Assembly (NCBI GenBank): GCA_964653095.1 | Contig: CAZZEH010000009.1 | Coordinates: 39,266-103,265 of the forward strand | Direction of reading: 5' to 3' | DNA: 64,000 nt | From: an uncultured Chitinophagales bacterium | GTDB lineage: Bacteria > Bacteroidota > Bacteroidia > Chitinophagales > JADIYW01 | In this document: piece by piece, positions 33,288-41,663 of the stretch | How the letters are laid out: each line of letters opens with the position of its first letter | How positions within the stretch are numbered: the stretch's first letter is position 1 | Position numbers and translations under genes: made by a program | The notes under the pieces: generated by a model | What the model saw: only the letters and a program-made list of their open reading frames with translations | Told to the model about the DNA's origin: nothing | Database searches by the model: none

Positions 33288-34342
33288 AAACTGTTTTAGT
33301 GATAGAAGACAATTTTGATATCCGAGAAAATATTTGTGAGATTCTCGAATTAGACGGATATAAAACACTGCAGGCAGCTGACGGTAACGAGGGTGTTCTA
33401 ACTGCTCAGCAAAGCCTTCCGGACCTTATTATATGCGATATCATGATGCCGGGTTTGGACGGTTATGAAGTGTTGAAAATTTTATCTACCGATTCAAAAA
33501 CTTCCAGCATTCCTTTTATTTTTCTTACTGCCAAAGCAGAATCTGCAGACTTCAGAAAAGGACTCAGTTTTGGAGCAGATGATTATATTACAAAGCCGTT
33601 TGGCGATAAAGAGTTATTACAGGCTGTACGTCTCAGACTGCAAAAAATAGATACACTCAGAAAGATTATAGAGAAGTTATACGATGACAAAGACACTTCC
33701 GCAACAATAAAACCATCTAAAAGTCTGGAAGAGTTACTGCAGCTTGACCGTCAGGAAACCAAATCTTTCAGAAAAAAGGAATATATCTATCTGAAAGGGA
33801 ACAGAGCTTACTACTTATTTTATATAAAAAAAGGTGCCGTAAAAATTTTCAGACTGCATGAGGGCGGTAAAGAGTTTATCACAAATATTTTTCATGAAGG
33901 AAACTTTTTTGGGTACTATGCTCTGATAAAAGACAATACTTATGAAGACTACGCTGTAGCGGTAGAAGATTCTGAACTCATTTTGATTCCCAAAAATGAT
34001 TTTATTCATCTTATATACGAACACACAGATATTGCCAGACAATTTATCAAACTGTTGTCGTCAAATGTAGCAGAAAAAGAAGAACAGCTTCTCAATATGG
34101 CCTATGATTCTTTAAAACAAAGGGTTCTCAGAACTTTGACCGATCTCTATGGAAACTACAAATCCGAAGAAAGCGGGGAGGCAAGAATTACTCTGACAAG
34201 GGAAGAAGTCTCCAAATATATCGGCACAGCAAGAGAGTCATTTATCCGAATAATGGGAGAGTTGCGTGATGCGGATATCATTGAAATTATTGAAGGTGAT
34301 ATTGTCATCAAAGACATTCAGAAACTCAGCAATCTTTTATAA
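33284..34342 (+). CDS. response regulator with REC + cNMP-binding-like + Crp/Fnr HTH domains
   Basis: REC (DLIICDIMMPGLDGYE, FLTAK), beta-barrel cNMP-like region (YLFYIKKGAVKIF…), C-terminal HTH (REEVSKYIGTARESFIRIMGEL). ATGA overlap with the kinase gene. Confidence 0.85.
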   Translation: MKTVLVIEDNFDIRENICEILELDGYKTLQAADGNEGVLTAQQSLPDLIICDIMMPGLDGYEVLKILSTDSKTSSIPFIFLTAKAESADFRKGLSFGADDYITKPFGDKELLQAVRLRLQKIDTLRKIIEKLYDDKDTSATIKPSKSLEELLQLDRQETKSFRKKEYIYLKGNRAYYLFYIKKGAVKIFRLHEGGKEFITNIFHEGNFFGYYALIKDNTYEDYAVAVEDSELILIPKNDFIHLIYEHTDIARQFIKLLSSNVAEKEEQLLNMAYDSLKQRVLRTLTDLYGNYKSEESGEARITLTREEVSKYIGTARESFIRIMGELRDADIIEIIEGDIVIKDIQKLSNLL

Positions 34343-34349
34343 CTCGGTT

Positions 34350-34556
34350 TTATTTCGCACGAATTTCTCTCGGCATTACGGATGATTTTCGTGCTTTGTC
34401 TGCTTTTTTGCCGTTAAAGACACCATCTTTCTCATTGCTGATATTGACACTCTTTTGAGTTGCCTGAGATGCAGGACAGCCTACCTGTCTGTTACAGGAC
34501 ATAAAAGTTATACTTAATACGGATACTGCCACGATTATCGCTTTTCTCACTCGCAT
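34350..34556 (-). CDS. small hypothetical lipoprotein
   Basis: 68 aa, signal peptide with lipobox-like FMSC. No homology recognisable by eye. Confidence 0.35.
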   Translation of the reverse strand: MRVRKAIIVAVSVLSITFMSCNRQVGCPASQATQKSVNISNEKDGVFNGKKADKARKSSVMPREIRAK

Positions 34557-34629
34557 AGTTCAAAATTACTGATTAGTTCGCTCATTTACAACCGATGATG
34601 CAAAACAGTCTAATCCGGAATTCATTAAT

Positions 34630-34811
34630 CAATGTCGTTTAGTTCACAAAATGAATTGCTTTTAGATCCGCCGAGGCGGATGACGTAAGTCAATTCATTT
34701 TGTATAGTAAATGTCATGCTGCGGTCAGTGAGCCTTCGACGTGAGCTCAGTCGAACGTTTATCGAACTGAAAGCATCTTATTTTCTAAAAATCCTTAACT
34801 AATCGATATAG
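34630..34811 (+). mobile_element. MITE-like element, copy B2
   Basis: Termini ATGTCGTTTAGTT / TAACTAATCGATAT, flanked by ATTCATTAAT at 34620-34629 and 34812-34821. About 90 percent identical to B3 by eye. Confidence 0.7.
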
Positions 34812-34908
34812 ATTCATTAATTGTGCTTTTTAATGTGTGAGCTTCTTTTGAAACCGAAGGTCTAAAGGTTACTATCAGGAAAAATATAAACAGAGGTATT
34901 TTATACAT
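34795..34908 (-). pseudogene. 5' remnant of a duplicate of the 37293..38579 gene, reading into MITE B2
   Basis: MYKIPLFIFFLIVTFRPSVSKE… matches MYKIPLFIFFMIVTFEPSVSRE… of the full gene (DNA 34843-34908 versus 38513-38579, about 58/62 identical). The frame then diverges and stops inside the MITE. Confidence 0.7.
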
Positions 34909-35139
34909 ATCATCTATTTTAAGATTTGGACAGGATTTATGCCGAAAAAGGCGAAGCAACTTAAAAAATGGAGCCGCAAAAAAGATGAATTAATTGCCAG
35001 TAAAAATTCAGAGAAAAAGGAACTTGTTACAGAAAAAGGATTTGTTAGAGAGAAAACTGCGTTTTCAGAAAAAGTAGAAAACTACTGAAGGAGCTGTATA
35101 TTAAGAAGTAATTATACATTTTATATTGGTTTTATAAAA

Positions 35140-35430
35140 GATTTCTCTTCGCCTTGCGGCGAATCGAAATGACAACCATGGAAGGGGTGGAGGGAGGGAG
35201 AGCGGTGCGATTATGACCTACCGACCAAGGAGACGAAACCACAAACAGGGAAGTCACTTCGAGTTCATTCCTCCTATTGTCGGAATCCTCAGTGACCGCA
35301 CTTCGAGTCGCTCTGCCTTCGGGAGCATTTCGAGTATCCTCAATGTCCCCCTCAGGCATCGCCTCAGTGACCGCATTACGGCTAATGCTCAATGACCGCA
35401 TTTCGAATAAATCGCTCCTTAGCACAGCTT
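35140..35430. repeat. GC-rich non-coding island of degenerate short direct repeats
   Basis: About 54 percent G+C by hand count over 35161-35400, versus about 12 percent in 35521-35580. CTCA(G/A)TGACCGCA(C/T)T occurs 3 times and CA(C/T)TTCGAGT 3 times. GNRA hairpin TTCGCC-ttgc-GGCGAA at 35149-35164. Overlapping ORFs on both strands are low-complexity. Confidence 0.5.
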
Positions 35431-35564
35431 CTGATTATAAGTCCTTGGTTCTAAAAATGATGTCATTTGTGGTTCAGAAAGGCTTAGTGCAAAAATTAAG
35501 AATGAAAAACACAAACTGTAATTTGAATATTTTTTAAAATTGTAAAGTTTAAAATTATAATTTG

Positions 35565-35572
35565 TATATTTG
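35565..35572 (+). promoter_or_regulatory. candidate -7 promoter box TATATTTG for the ATPase gene
   Basis: Perfect TAnnTTTG, 24 nt upstream of the ATG at 35597. A TTG at 35540-35542 could serve as the -33 element. Confidence 0.3.
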
Positions 35573-35596
35573 AAATGAATAGTAAAGTTGCAAACT

Positions 35597-36802
35597 ATGG
35601 TTAGAAAGTTTTATAATAGAGACTCCTTAATCCAGCAACTGATAGATTTTAAGGATACTGAATTTATAAAGGTCATTACCGGAGTCAGAAGATGTGGTAA
35701 AAGCACTCTGCTTTTATTGTATAAAGCCTATTTATTAAAGCAAGGTATTGATGAATCTCAAATCATTTTTTTGTCTTTTGAAGATTATTCTAACAGAAAC
35801 TTGTTGGATTCGGAGGTGTTTTATGAGTATATCATAGAGAAGTCACCGATAGATAGGAAAGCGTATTTGCTTTTTGATGAGATACAGTTGCTTAGTGGAT
35901 GGGAAAAGGTGGTCAATAGTTTTCGGATAAACTTAGATGCGGATATCACTTTGACAGGAAGTAATGCACAGATGCTTTCCGGTCAGTTATCTACTTTGTT
36001 ATCGGGCAGATATGTAGAAATTCACTGTTATCCTTTTTCGTTTAAAGAATTTATATGGGTGAAAGGAGTTGCTGCTGACGACTATAAGAAGATACCTGCT
36101 TTGTATAAAGAATATCTTCGTTATGGTGGATTCCCGGCAGTTGTTTTAGCAGATGAAAGACTAAAAGACAGTATTCTATCCGGAATCATCAATACCATCA
36201 TTTTAAACGATATCGGTTATCGCGGAGCGTTGCGGGAACCGGAATTGGTAGAAATGGTCGTTAATTTTATGTCCGACAATATCGGCAGTTTGGTCAATTC
36301 GACCAATATTGCGAATACTCTAAAATCTAGTGGCTTTAAGATTACCCAGCCAACGGTCAGTAAGTATTTGCACTTGTTTAAAGATGCGTTTTTGTTTTAT
36401 GAGGCAAGAAATTATGATATCCGGGGAAAGGAATATTTACAGGGACAATCCAAATTTTATATTGTGGACTTGGGACTTGCTCATCAGATATTGAGAAAGA
36501 AAAGTGGAAACTACGGTCATGAGCTGGAGAATATCGTTTTCTTAGAATTGATACGCAGAGGATATACAGTAGATGTCGCCAGAATAGATGCAAAAGAGAT
36601 AGACTTTATTGCTAAAAAGATGGATGAACTGCTTTATATTCAGGTTGCGTTGGAGTTGCCTTTGCAAAGTAAACGAGAGACCGATAATCTTCTTAGGATT
36701 CCAGATAATCACCACAAAATGGTTATCACTCAACGTTATGAAGAACAATCGGAAATTGATGGAATTCCTATTATAAACATCTACGACTGGCTGTTGGAGT
36801 AA
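35597..36802 (+). CDS. AAA-type ATPase of the COG1373/DUF4143 class
   Basis: Walker A GVRRCGKST, Walker B-like LLFDEIQ. Length and C-terminal region are typical of this family. First ATG is at 35597 (the track start is TTG). Confidence 0.8.
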   Translation: MVRKFYNRDSLIQQLIDFKDTEFIKVITGVRRCGKSTLLLLYKAYLLKQGIDESQIIFLSFEDYSNRNLLDSEVFYEYIIEKSPIDRKAYLLFDEIQLLSGWEKVVNSFRINLDADITLTGSNAQMLSGQLSTLLSGRYVEIHCYPFSFKEFIWVKGVAADDYKKIPALYKEYLRYGGFPAVVLADERLKDSILSGIINTIILNDIGYRGALREPELVEMVVNFMSDNIGSLVNSTNIANTLKSSGFKITQPTVSKYLHLFKDAFLFYEARNYDIRGKEYLQGQSKFYIVDLGLAHQILRKKSGNYGHELENIVFLELIRRGYTVDVARIDAKEIDFIAKKMDELLYIQVALELPLQSKRETDNLLRIPDNHHKMVITQRYEEQSEIDGIPIINIYDWLLE

Positions 36803-37021
36803 TTTTCTTTTGCAGAAATTTGTATCCACTCAAAGGCTACTCTGCTCTCGTGCGTCTTCTGACGCTGCGAGGGTACTAACTCATCTTCAGATGAGGAATA
36901 TAGATTTCTGACACTATCTCTTAAAGTGTGTAAACTCTATTTTACAAAGTTTACTTGAATTGTCCAAAGACGGAAAGAGTTTTACTATAAAGCGGTACAG
37001 CCCAATCCTGAATTTATTAAT

Positions 37022-37200
37022 CAATGTCGTTTAGTTCACAAAATGAATTGCTTTTAGATTCTTCCAGAATGACGTAAGTCAATTCATTTTGTATAGTAAA
37101 TGTCATGCTGTGGTCAGTGAGCCTTCGACGTGAGTTCAGTCGAACGTTTATCGAACTGAAAGCATCTCATTTTCTACAAATCCTTAACTAATCGACATAG
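37022..37200 (+). mobile_element. MITE-like element, copy B3
   Basis: Termini ATGTCGTTTAGTT / TAACTAATCGACAT (near-perfect TIR), flanked by ATTTATTAAT (37012-37021) and ATTCATTAAT (37201-37210). Confidence 0.7.
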
Positions 37201-37292
37201 ATTCATTAATTGTGCTTTTTAACATGTGAATTTCTTCTGAATTAAAATGGTGAATATTGAGGGTTTTCGGTCATTTTTGCACCTCAATTTTA

Positions 37293-38579
37293 CTAATCGG
37301 ACAAGCCGTTTGCTTCCCATTTAATTTTATAAATCAAAGCTTTTACAAATCCTCTTTTATCGCCTTCCGAAGAAATAAACAAATCACCCTCTGAATTAAA
37401 AGAAAGTCCTTCAGGTTTGTAGTACACATCCGCAGGAAGCGGGATAAGATGATGAAGTTCTTTTGCCCGATACACGGCCAAAAATCTTTCCGTAGCAGAA
37501 AGTACGTAAATATCTTCGGTGACAGGATGTACAGCCACTGCTGACGGGTTGAACAGGAAACCGCTTACTGCAAAATCCGGGTAGGTGTTTTTCAAATACT
37601 CAAGTAATTGATTTCGGCTAATCTCGAGATATTCCTCTAAAGCCTGCAAACGATTCACAGGTGCGCGATACACAGTCCTCTTATCCTCACTTTGAGAAAT
37701 GGCCGCATCCTTACAGGCCACATACACCTCTCCTTTATGAAAACTAATCCCCTCAATATTTAGAGATTTTACGGGAAGCATCAGTTCTGCCGTTTTTTTC
37801 TCTCTTTTGATGTCATAAATAAATAAGTTGCCGTCACTTCGCAGGATGTACAAACTGTCGCCTGCCAAAGTTAAATCTTCAAAATCGCCTATGTCCGCAA
37901 AACGATATACATTTATGACCTTCTGTTCAGCAAAATCATATTTGAATACCGCCCCCAATTCATCCTGTACACAATATACCCTGCTGTAATCCGGGCTTAG
38001 TGTGATTCCGGAAATTTCTCTTAAAATATCCGGCAGCTCATAATTTTCAGTGGGCTGTAAAAAATTATAACCCATTGCACGATACGTTTTATTTTCTTCC
38101 AAAACGCTGTAATCAAAGGTCGATGTAATATCTATCGGCATAATTTTTAACCACTTCCCGTCGTGAGTGAAATAGCAGTTTTGCTCGACCTCATCTTTCA
38201 CAATTTCCACTTTTAAAAAAGAAGTGTCCTGAGTCGTTATCCCGGCAATTGCATCTATTTCCCAATCAGGATATTTTTTGCTCAGTTTCTGCATAATAGA
38301 ACTGTACGGGACATCCTCTTTGGTCAGGAGTTTTTCCAAGTATAAGAATTCATTGTCTTTGATTCCAATTTCATAACGATCGCCTTCACACAGATATGCA
38401 GCTTCGAGAAAGTTCTTGGATAACATTTCTATATGAATAATATCCGGCTGGACACAATACTGATAGATTAACTCCAACTGCTCCTTCTTTAAAATCGGCT
38501 TATTTTTTTGTGTTTCTCTTGAAACCGAAGGCTCAAAGGTTACTATCATAAAAAATATAAACAGAGGTATTTTATACAT
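37293..38579 (-). CDS. secreted protein: PepSY-like (DUF2874-type) module plus SdiA-regulated/YjiK-like beta-propeller
   Basis: Start taken at MYKIPLFIFF (signal peptide). PepSY-like segment …KLSKKYPDWEIDAI…VEIVKDEVEQNCYFTHDGKWL. Repeated strands REISGITLSPD, NIEGISFHKGEVYV, KPEGLSFNSEGDLFISSEG. Confidence 0.7.
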   Translation of the reverse strand: MYKIPLFIFFMIVTFEPSVSRETQKNKPILKKEQLELIYQYCVQPDIIHIEMLSKNFLEAAYLCEGDRYEIGIKDNEFLYLEKLLTKEDVPYSSIMQKLSKKYPDWEIDAIAGITTQDTSFLKVEIVKDEVEQNCYFTHDGKWLKIMPIDITSTFDYSVLEENKTYRAMGYNFLQPTENYELPDILREISGITLSPDYSRVYCVQDELGAVFKYDFAEQKVINVYRFADIGDFEDLTLAGDSLYILRSDGNLFIYDIKREKKTAELMLPVKSLNIEGISFHKGEVYVACKDAAISQSEDKRTVYRAPVNRLQALEEYLEISRNQLLEYLKNTYPDFAVSGFLFNPSAVAVHPVTEDIYVLSATERFLAVYRAKELHHLIPLPADVYYKPEGLSFNSEGDLFISSEGDKRGFVKALIYKIKWEANGLSD

Positions 38580-38614
38580 AACGTATGTTTTAAGATTCAG
38601 CCTGCATTTGTACA

Positions 38615-38826
38615 GGGTTAAATCCGGATTATGCATTAGAAAATCTATTCTGACCCGTGTTGGCTGAGGGCGAAGCAATTCGAAGCCACGTTATCGGAAT
38701 GTTCCTTCGAGCTACCTCAGAGATCGCCTTCTGTAACCATAGTGGCGGCTTTTCGATAATAAGTCCCTGATTTATTGCTCTTTTGTTTCTCATAACGAAA
38801 TCTAATGCATAATTCGGGTTAAATTC
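38615..38826. repeat. intergenic repeat family A, copy 2 (uninterrupted)
   Basis: Imperfect inverted ends GGGTTAAATCCGGATTATGCATTAGA … TCTAATGCATAATTCGGGTTAAATTC (20/26, inner 13 perfect). GC-rich core. Carries the unoccupied B1 target at 38798-38809. Confidence 0.55.
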
Positions 38827-39268
38827 AGTCATCTATTCCGATAAACTTCCCATTACGGTCAAAAATGAGTTCCAAACCAGTATTGAGTTCTATTTTTTGG
38901 CGGCCGAATTTTTGTTCCCATTCATTAATATAAGCATTCGGGTAATTGGACTGTGTATATTGTAAGACTGCAGTCGGTATTACACTGTCCGGCAGTTTTC
39001 CCGCGCCCTCCATACTGATAATTTCGTATCGGTTATTAAACTCCAATTCCGTCCCATCCGCCAGCACAATTTCATATTCATCGCCGCTCAGTTCGGTATC
39101 CAATTTGGATTTAATGACTTTCAGATTGGGGAAATGTGTACTGACATAGCTTTGAATTTTTTCAGGCATTTCGGAATAAGGTATCATCCTGTCCTGTCCA
39201 AAAGCGTAAAAGATTATCGACAGTAAAGTCGCGGTCAGCAGTAATTTGATTCGGGTTATCTTTCTCAT
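38825..39268 (-). CDS. PepSY-like (DUF2874-type) periplasmic protein
   Basis: 147 aa, signal peptide, two-lobed pattern …P..I..Y…FP……E…YE(I/V)…G.E(L/I).F…G. Confidence 0.8.
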   Translation of the reverse strand: MRKITRIKLLLTATLLSIIFYAFGQDRMIPYSEMPEKIQSYVSTHFPNLKVIKSKLDTELSGDEYEIVLADGTELEFNNRYEIISMEGAGKLPDSVIPTAVLQYTQSNYPNAYINEWEQKFGRQKIELNTGLELIFDRNGKFIGIDD

Positions 39269-39302
39269 GATCTAAAGTTTTATATGGTTATAACTATTGG
39301 GT

Positions 39303-39755
39303 TTAATTATCAAATCGTATGAAGTTGCCTTCCTTGTCAAATTTCAGTTCTTTGCCGTCGGTCAGCTTTATCTCATAGCCGGAAAATTCCTTTTCGATTT
39401 TGGTGATTTGCAGGTTCGGAAAATTAGCTTCCACATAAGTGAGGATTTTCTCAGGAATCAGTCCACTGGGAATGATATTCCCGTTACCATCTACAGAAGT
39501 CCAGTCTCCGCTTTGGTCAAAATCTATTTCGGTTCCGTTTTTGAATACTACTTCATACTCTATTTTCCCATCGTCAAATTCCTTTTTGACATAAAAAACA
39601 TCCTCACTATTAAAGTGGCTTTCTAACCAGTCTGCAGCTGTCTTAGGAAGGTCTTTCAACTTATCGTTCACTTGCTTATCCTCATCCTTGGAACAGGACA
39701 ATATCATTCCCGCCATAAGGAACAGTACAAATAGGTTTATAATTTTTTTGTTCAT
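39303..39755 (-). CDS. PepSY-like (DUF2874-type) lipoprotein
   Basis: 150 aa, lipobox ILSC, same two-lobed pattern (…KIEYEVVFKNGTEIDFDQSGDW…, …GYEIKLTDGKELKFDKEGNF…). Confidence 0.8.
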   Translation of the reverse strand: MNKKIINLFVLFLMAGMILSCSKDEDKQVNDKLKDLPKTAADWLESHFNSEDVFYVKKEFDDGKIEYEVVFKNGTEIDFDQSGDWTSVDGNGNIIPSGLIPEKILTYVEANFPNLQITKIEKEFSGYEIKLTDGKELKFDKEGNFIRFDN

Positions 39756-39791
39756 GATTTAAAAATTTAAAGTTTTATAAAATTGATTTTC

Positions 39792-40235
39792 TTATTTTTT
39801 TTGAAGAATATTTCCCTGAGCATCTAACTCAAGTTTCCATTTTTCTTTATACGTTTTTACAGTTAATTTATAGATTGCTTTTCCGCGCGACTCTATCTTC
39901 TGAATACTTTTGACTCTATACCCGGCGTATTCTGTTTCTAATTTGGACACTATTTTTGCAGGTAACTGGCTGTAAGGTATTTCCTGTTTGTGCAGGATGA
40001 TATTTCCTTTGAGATCGTATAGAATCTTATGGTCTAAATCCGGCCAGCCTATTTCAAATTCCACTTCATAATACTCCCCTTTGATTTCCCATTCAATATC
40101 CTGTGCATTAGGGAATTGCTGCTGAAATTTGTTCACAATAACAGAAGGGACCAAGCTCTGGGGAATGTCTTTTGCCGTACTAATTCCTGCTCCCAGCAAA
40201 AAGACAAATGCGGTTAATAAAAAATTCTTTTTCAT
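39792..40235 (-). CDS. PepSY-like (DUF2874-type) periplasmic protein
   Basis: 147 aa, signal peptide, …EYYEVEFEIG…, …AIYKLTVKTYKEKWKLELDAQGN…. Confidence 0.8.
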   Translation of the reverse strand: MKKNFLLTAFVFLLGAGISTAKDIPQSLVPSVIVNKFQQQFPNAQDIEWEIKGEYYEVEFEIGWPDLDHKILYDLKGNIILHKQEIPYSQLPAKIVSKLETEYAGYRVKSIQKIESRGKAIYKLTVKTYKEKWKLELDAQGNILQKK

Positions 40236-40320
40236 TACTTTCCTATTTATGATGAATAATTACACAAAGGAAAGAAGTGAATCTGGAAAGAATTTGGAAT
40301 GATAATCCAGTGTAAAAATT

Positions 40321-40397
40321 ATACCGTTTGGACAAACAATACAGACCAAAATAAGACTTCACTTTATCAGTCTATTTTGAATTTCAAATTGGTATTA
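40321..40397 (+). repeat. intergenic repeat family C, copy 1
   Basis: ATACCGTTTGGACAAACAATACAGACC + AAAATAAGACTTCACTTTATCAGTCTATTTTGAATTTCAAATTGGTATTA. Its last bases overlap the stop codon of the kinase gene. Confidence 0.6.
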
Positions 40398-41663
40398 CAT
40401 CTGTATTTTGAAAGTATGTGTGAAATTTTCGAAGCTGTACGAAATCCTGTATCCGTATAGCTGACAGACAGCTTTGACGATTGACAGTCCGAGGCCGCTG
40501 CTTTCGCTATTTGCACCGGATTTTTCAAAGCGGTTAAATATGGTTGAGCCGTCGAGTGCAGTCTCACCATAATTACTAAAAGTGACCGCTTTCTGTTCTA
40601 TAGAAATCAATACTTCCTTTCCTGCCTGAGAATAAAAAACAGCATTCCTCAAAAGATTGGAGACCAATACTTCGGCCAGTGCCGGATTAATTTCCGGTTT
40701 ACAGTCTGAAATTTCTTTCAGTGTCACTTTTACCTGCTTATATTCTGCGACTTCTTCTATTTCACTCAGGGCTTTTTTTACAATTTCATTAATCCATACC
40801 TGCTCATTTGCCGGAAATTGTCGGTTCTCTATTTTTGTGAGTAACAGCAGAGATTTGTTCAGGCGAATTAACCGTTCGAGAATGGAGAGTGCTTTTTCAA
40901 TCTCATTGACATGTTCCTCGCTCAGTCCTTCTTTTTCCAATAACAATTCCAGTTTATTTAAAATAATAGCCAAAGGTGTTTGGAGCTCATGTGAGGCATT
41001 GCCGATAAATTGTTTCTGTTGTTCGTAAACAGACCTGTTTTGTCGAATAAGAGTTTGTGCGGCATCCTGAAGGCTGATAAATTCTTTAACTGCCGAATTG
41101 ATTTCAGGTATGGCCTTATCCTGTAAACGATATCTTTTCATTTGCTCCAAAAAATGATAAAATGGCTTCCAGATTTTTTTCAACACAAGATTATTGGCAA
41201 GAACGAGACTCAGCACTAATATGATGTAGAGTATAATGGTATTTCGCAATATTTTTTGAAACAGTTCTCCTTTTTCAATCATGGTATTGATTACTCTCAG
41301 GTGGTAGTACCTGCCTTCATCTTCGAATGCAGTAGTCAGCAGTCTGAAAGGTTCTAATTCGGCTTCTCCGACTTTTTTGGGAATATACATCATGGTGTCG
41401 GTGTACGTATCTTTTACTTTCAGGGCTTTCTCCGCATCTATTTCATGGACCGCGTAAAAACCTTCACTAAATTCGATTCTCTTGAGGATACCGGTGTCCC
41501 GGTGTGCCTGAAAAATAATTTGTCGCCGATAATTGTCCAACCCCTTGTCCACACTTTCTTTGATGCCCTCTATGGTGTTCTTATAAAACACAGCTGACCA
41601 TACCCCCACTATCAGAAGCATCAGCAGGGAAATATACATCAGAGACTGATTGAGCAGTTTCAT
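40395..41663 (-). CDS. sensor histidine kinase (two TM helices)
   Basis: 422 aa, H-box SHELQTPLAII, G2 SSGLGLSIV. 4-bp overlap with the upstream response-regulator gene. Confidence 0.9.
   Translation of the reverse strand: MKLLNQSLMYISLLMLLIVGVWSAVFYKNTIEGIKESVDKGLDNYRRQIIFQAHRDTGILKRIEFSEGFYAVHEIDAEKALKVKDTYTDTMMYIPKKVGEAELEPFRLLTTAFEDEGRYYHLRVINTMIEKGELFQKILRNTIILYIILVLSLVLANNLVLKKIWKPFYHFLEQMKRYRLQDKAIPEINSAVKEFISLQDAAQTLIRQNRSVYEQQKQFIGNASHELQTPLAIILNKLELLLEKEGLSEEHVNEIEKALSILERLIRLNKSLLLLTKIENRQFPANEQVWINEIVKKALSEIEEVAEYKQVKVTLKEISDCKPEINPALAEVLVSNLLRNAVFYSQAGKEVLISIEQKAVTFSNYGETALDGSTIFNRFEKSGANSESSGLGLSIVKAVCQLYGYRISYSFENFTHTFKIQM

Noticed and set aside
34939-35088. 49-codon lysine-rich ORF (MPKKAKQLKKWSRKKDEL…)
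   Set aside because: Short, with no recognisable motif or clear ribosome-binding context. It lies in sequence that looks like a decayed copy of repeat A. Cannot be supported as a gene.
35132-35537. Three mutually overlapping ORFs (97 aa minus; 60 and 86 aa plus) in the GC-rich island
   Set aside because: Their translations are repetitive (…SAVTE…NAVTE…, …SVTALR…SVTALR…) and simply mirror the DNA repeats. Openness on both strands is typical of a GC-rich non-coding repeat, so I annotated a repeat instead.
38580-38678. Upstream extensions of track ORFs (38678, 55985, 50969, 42646, 30804, 35588, 21318, 17649, 13356, 16167, 23824)
   Set aside because: The extensions use TTG or early ATG codons that overlap upstream genes or precede obvious signal peptides and canonical N-termini. 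Downstream ATGs were preferred, though the true starts remain unverified.
38629-38832. 67-aa minus-strand ORF between the PepSY-like genes
   Set aside because: It coincides exactly with intergenic repeat A copy 2 and overlaps the neighbouring gene stop, so it is very likely a repeat artefact.
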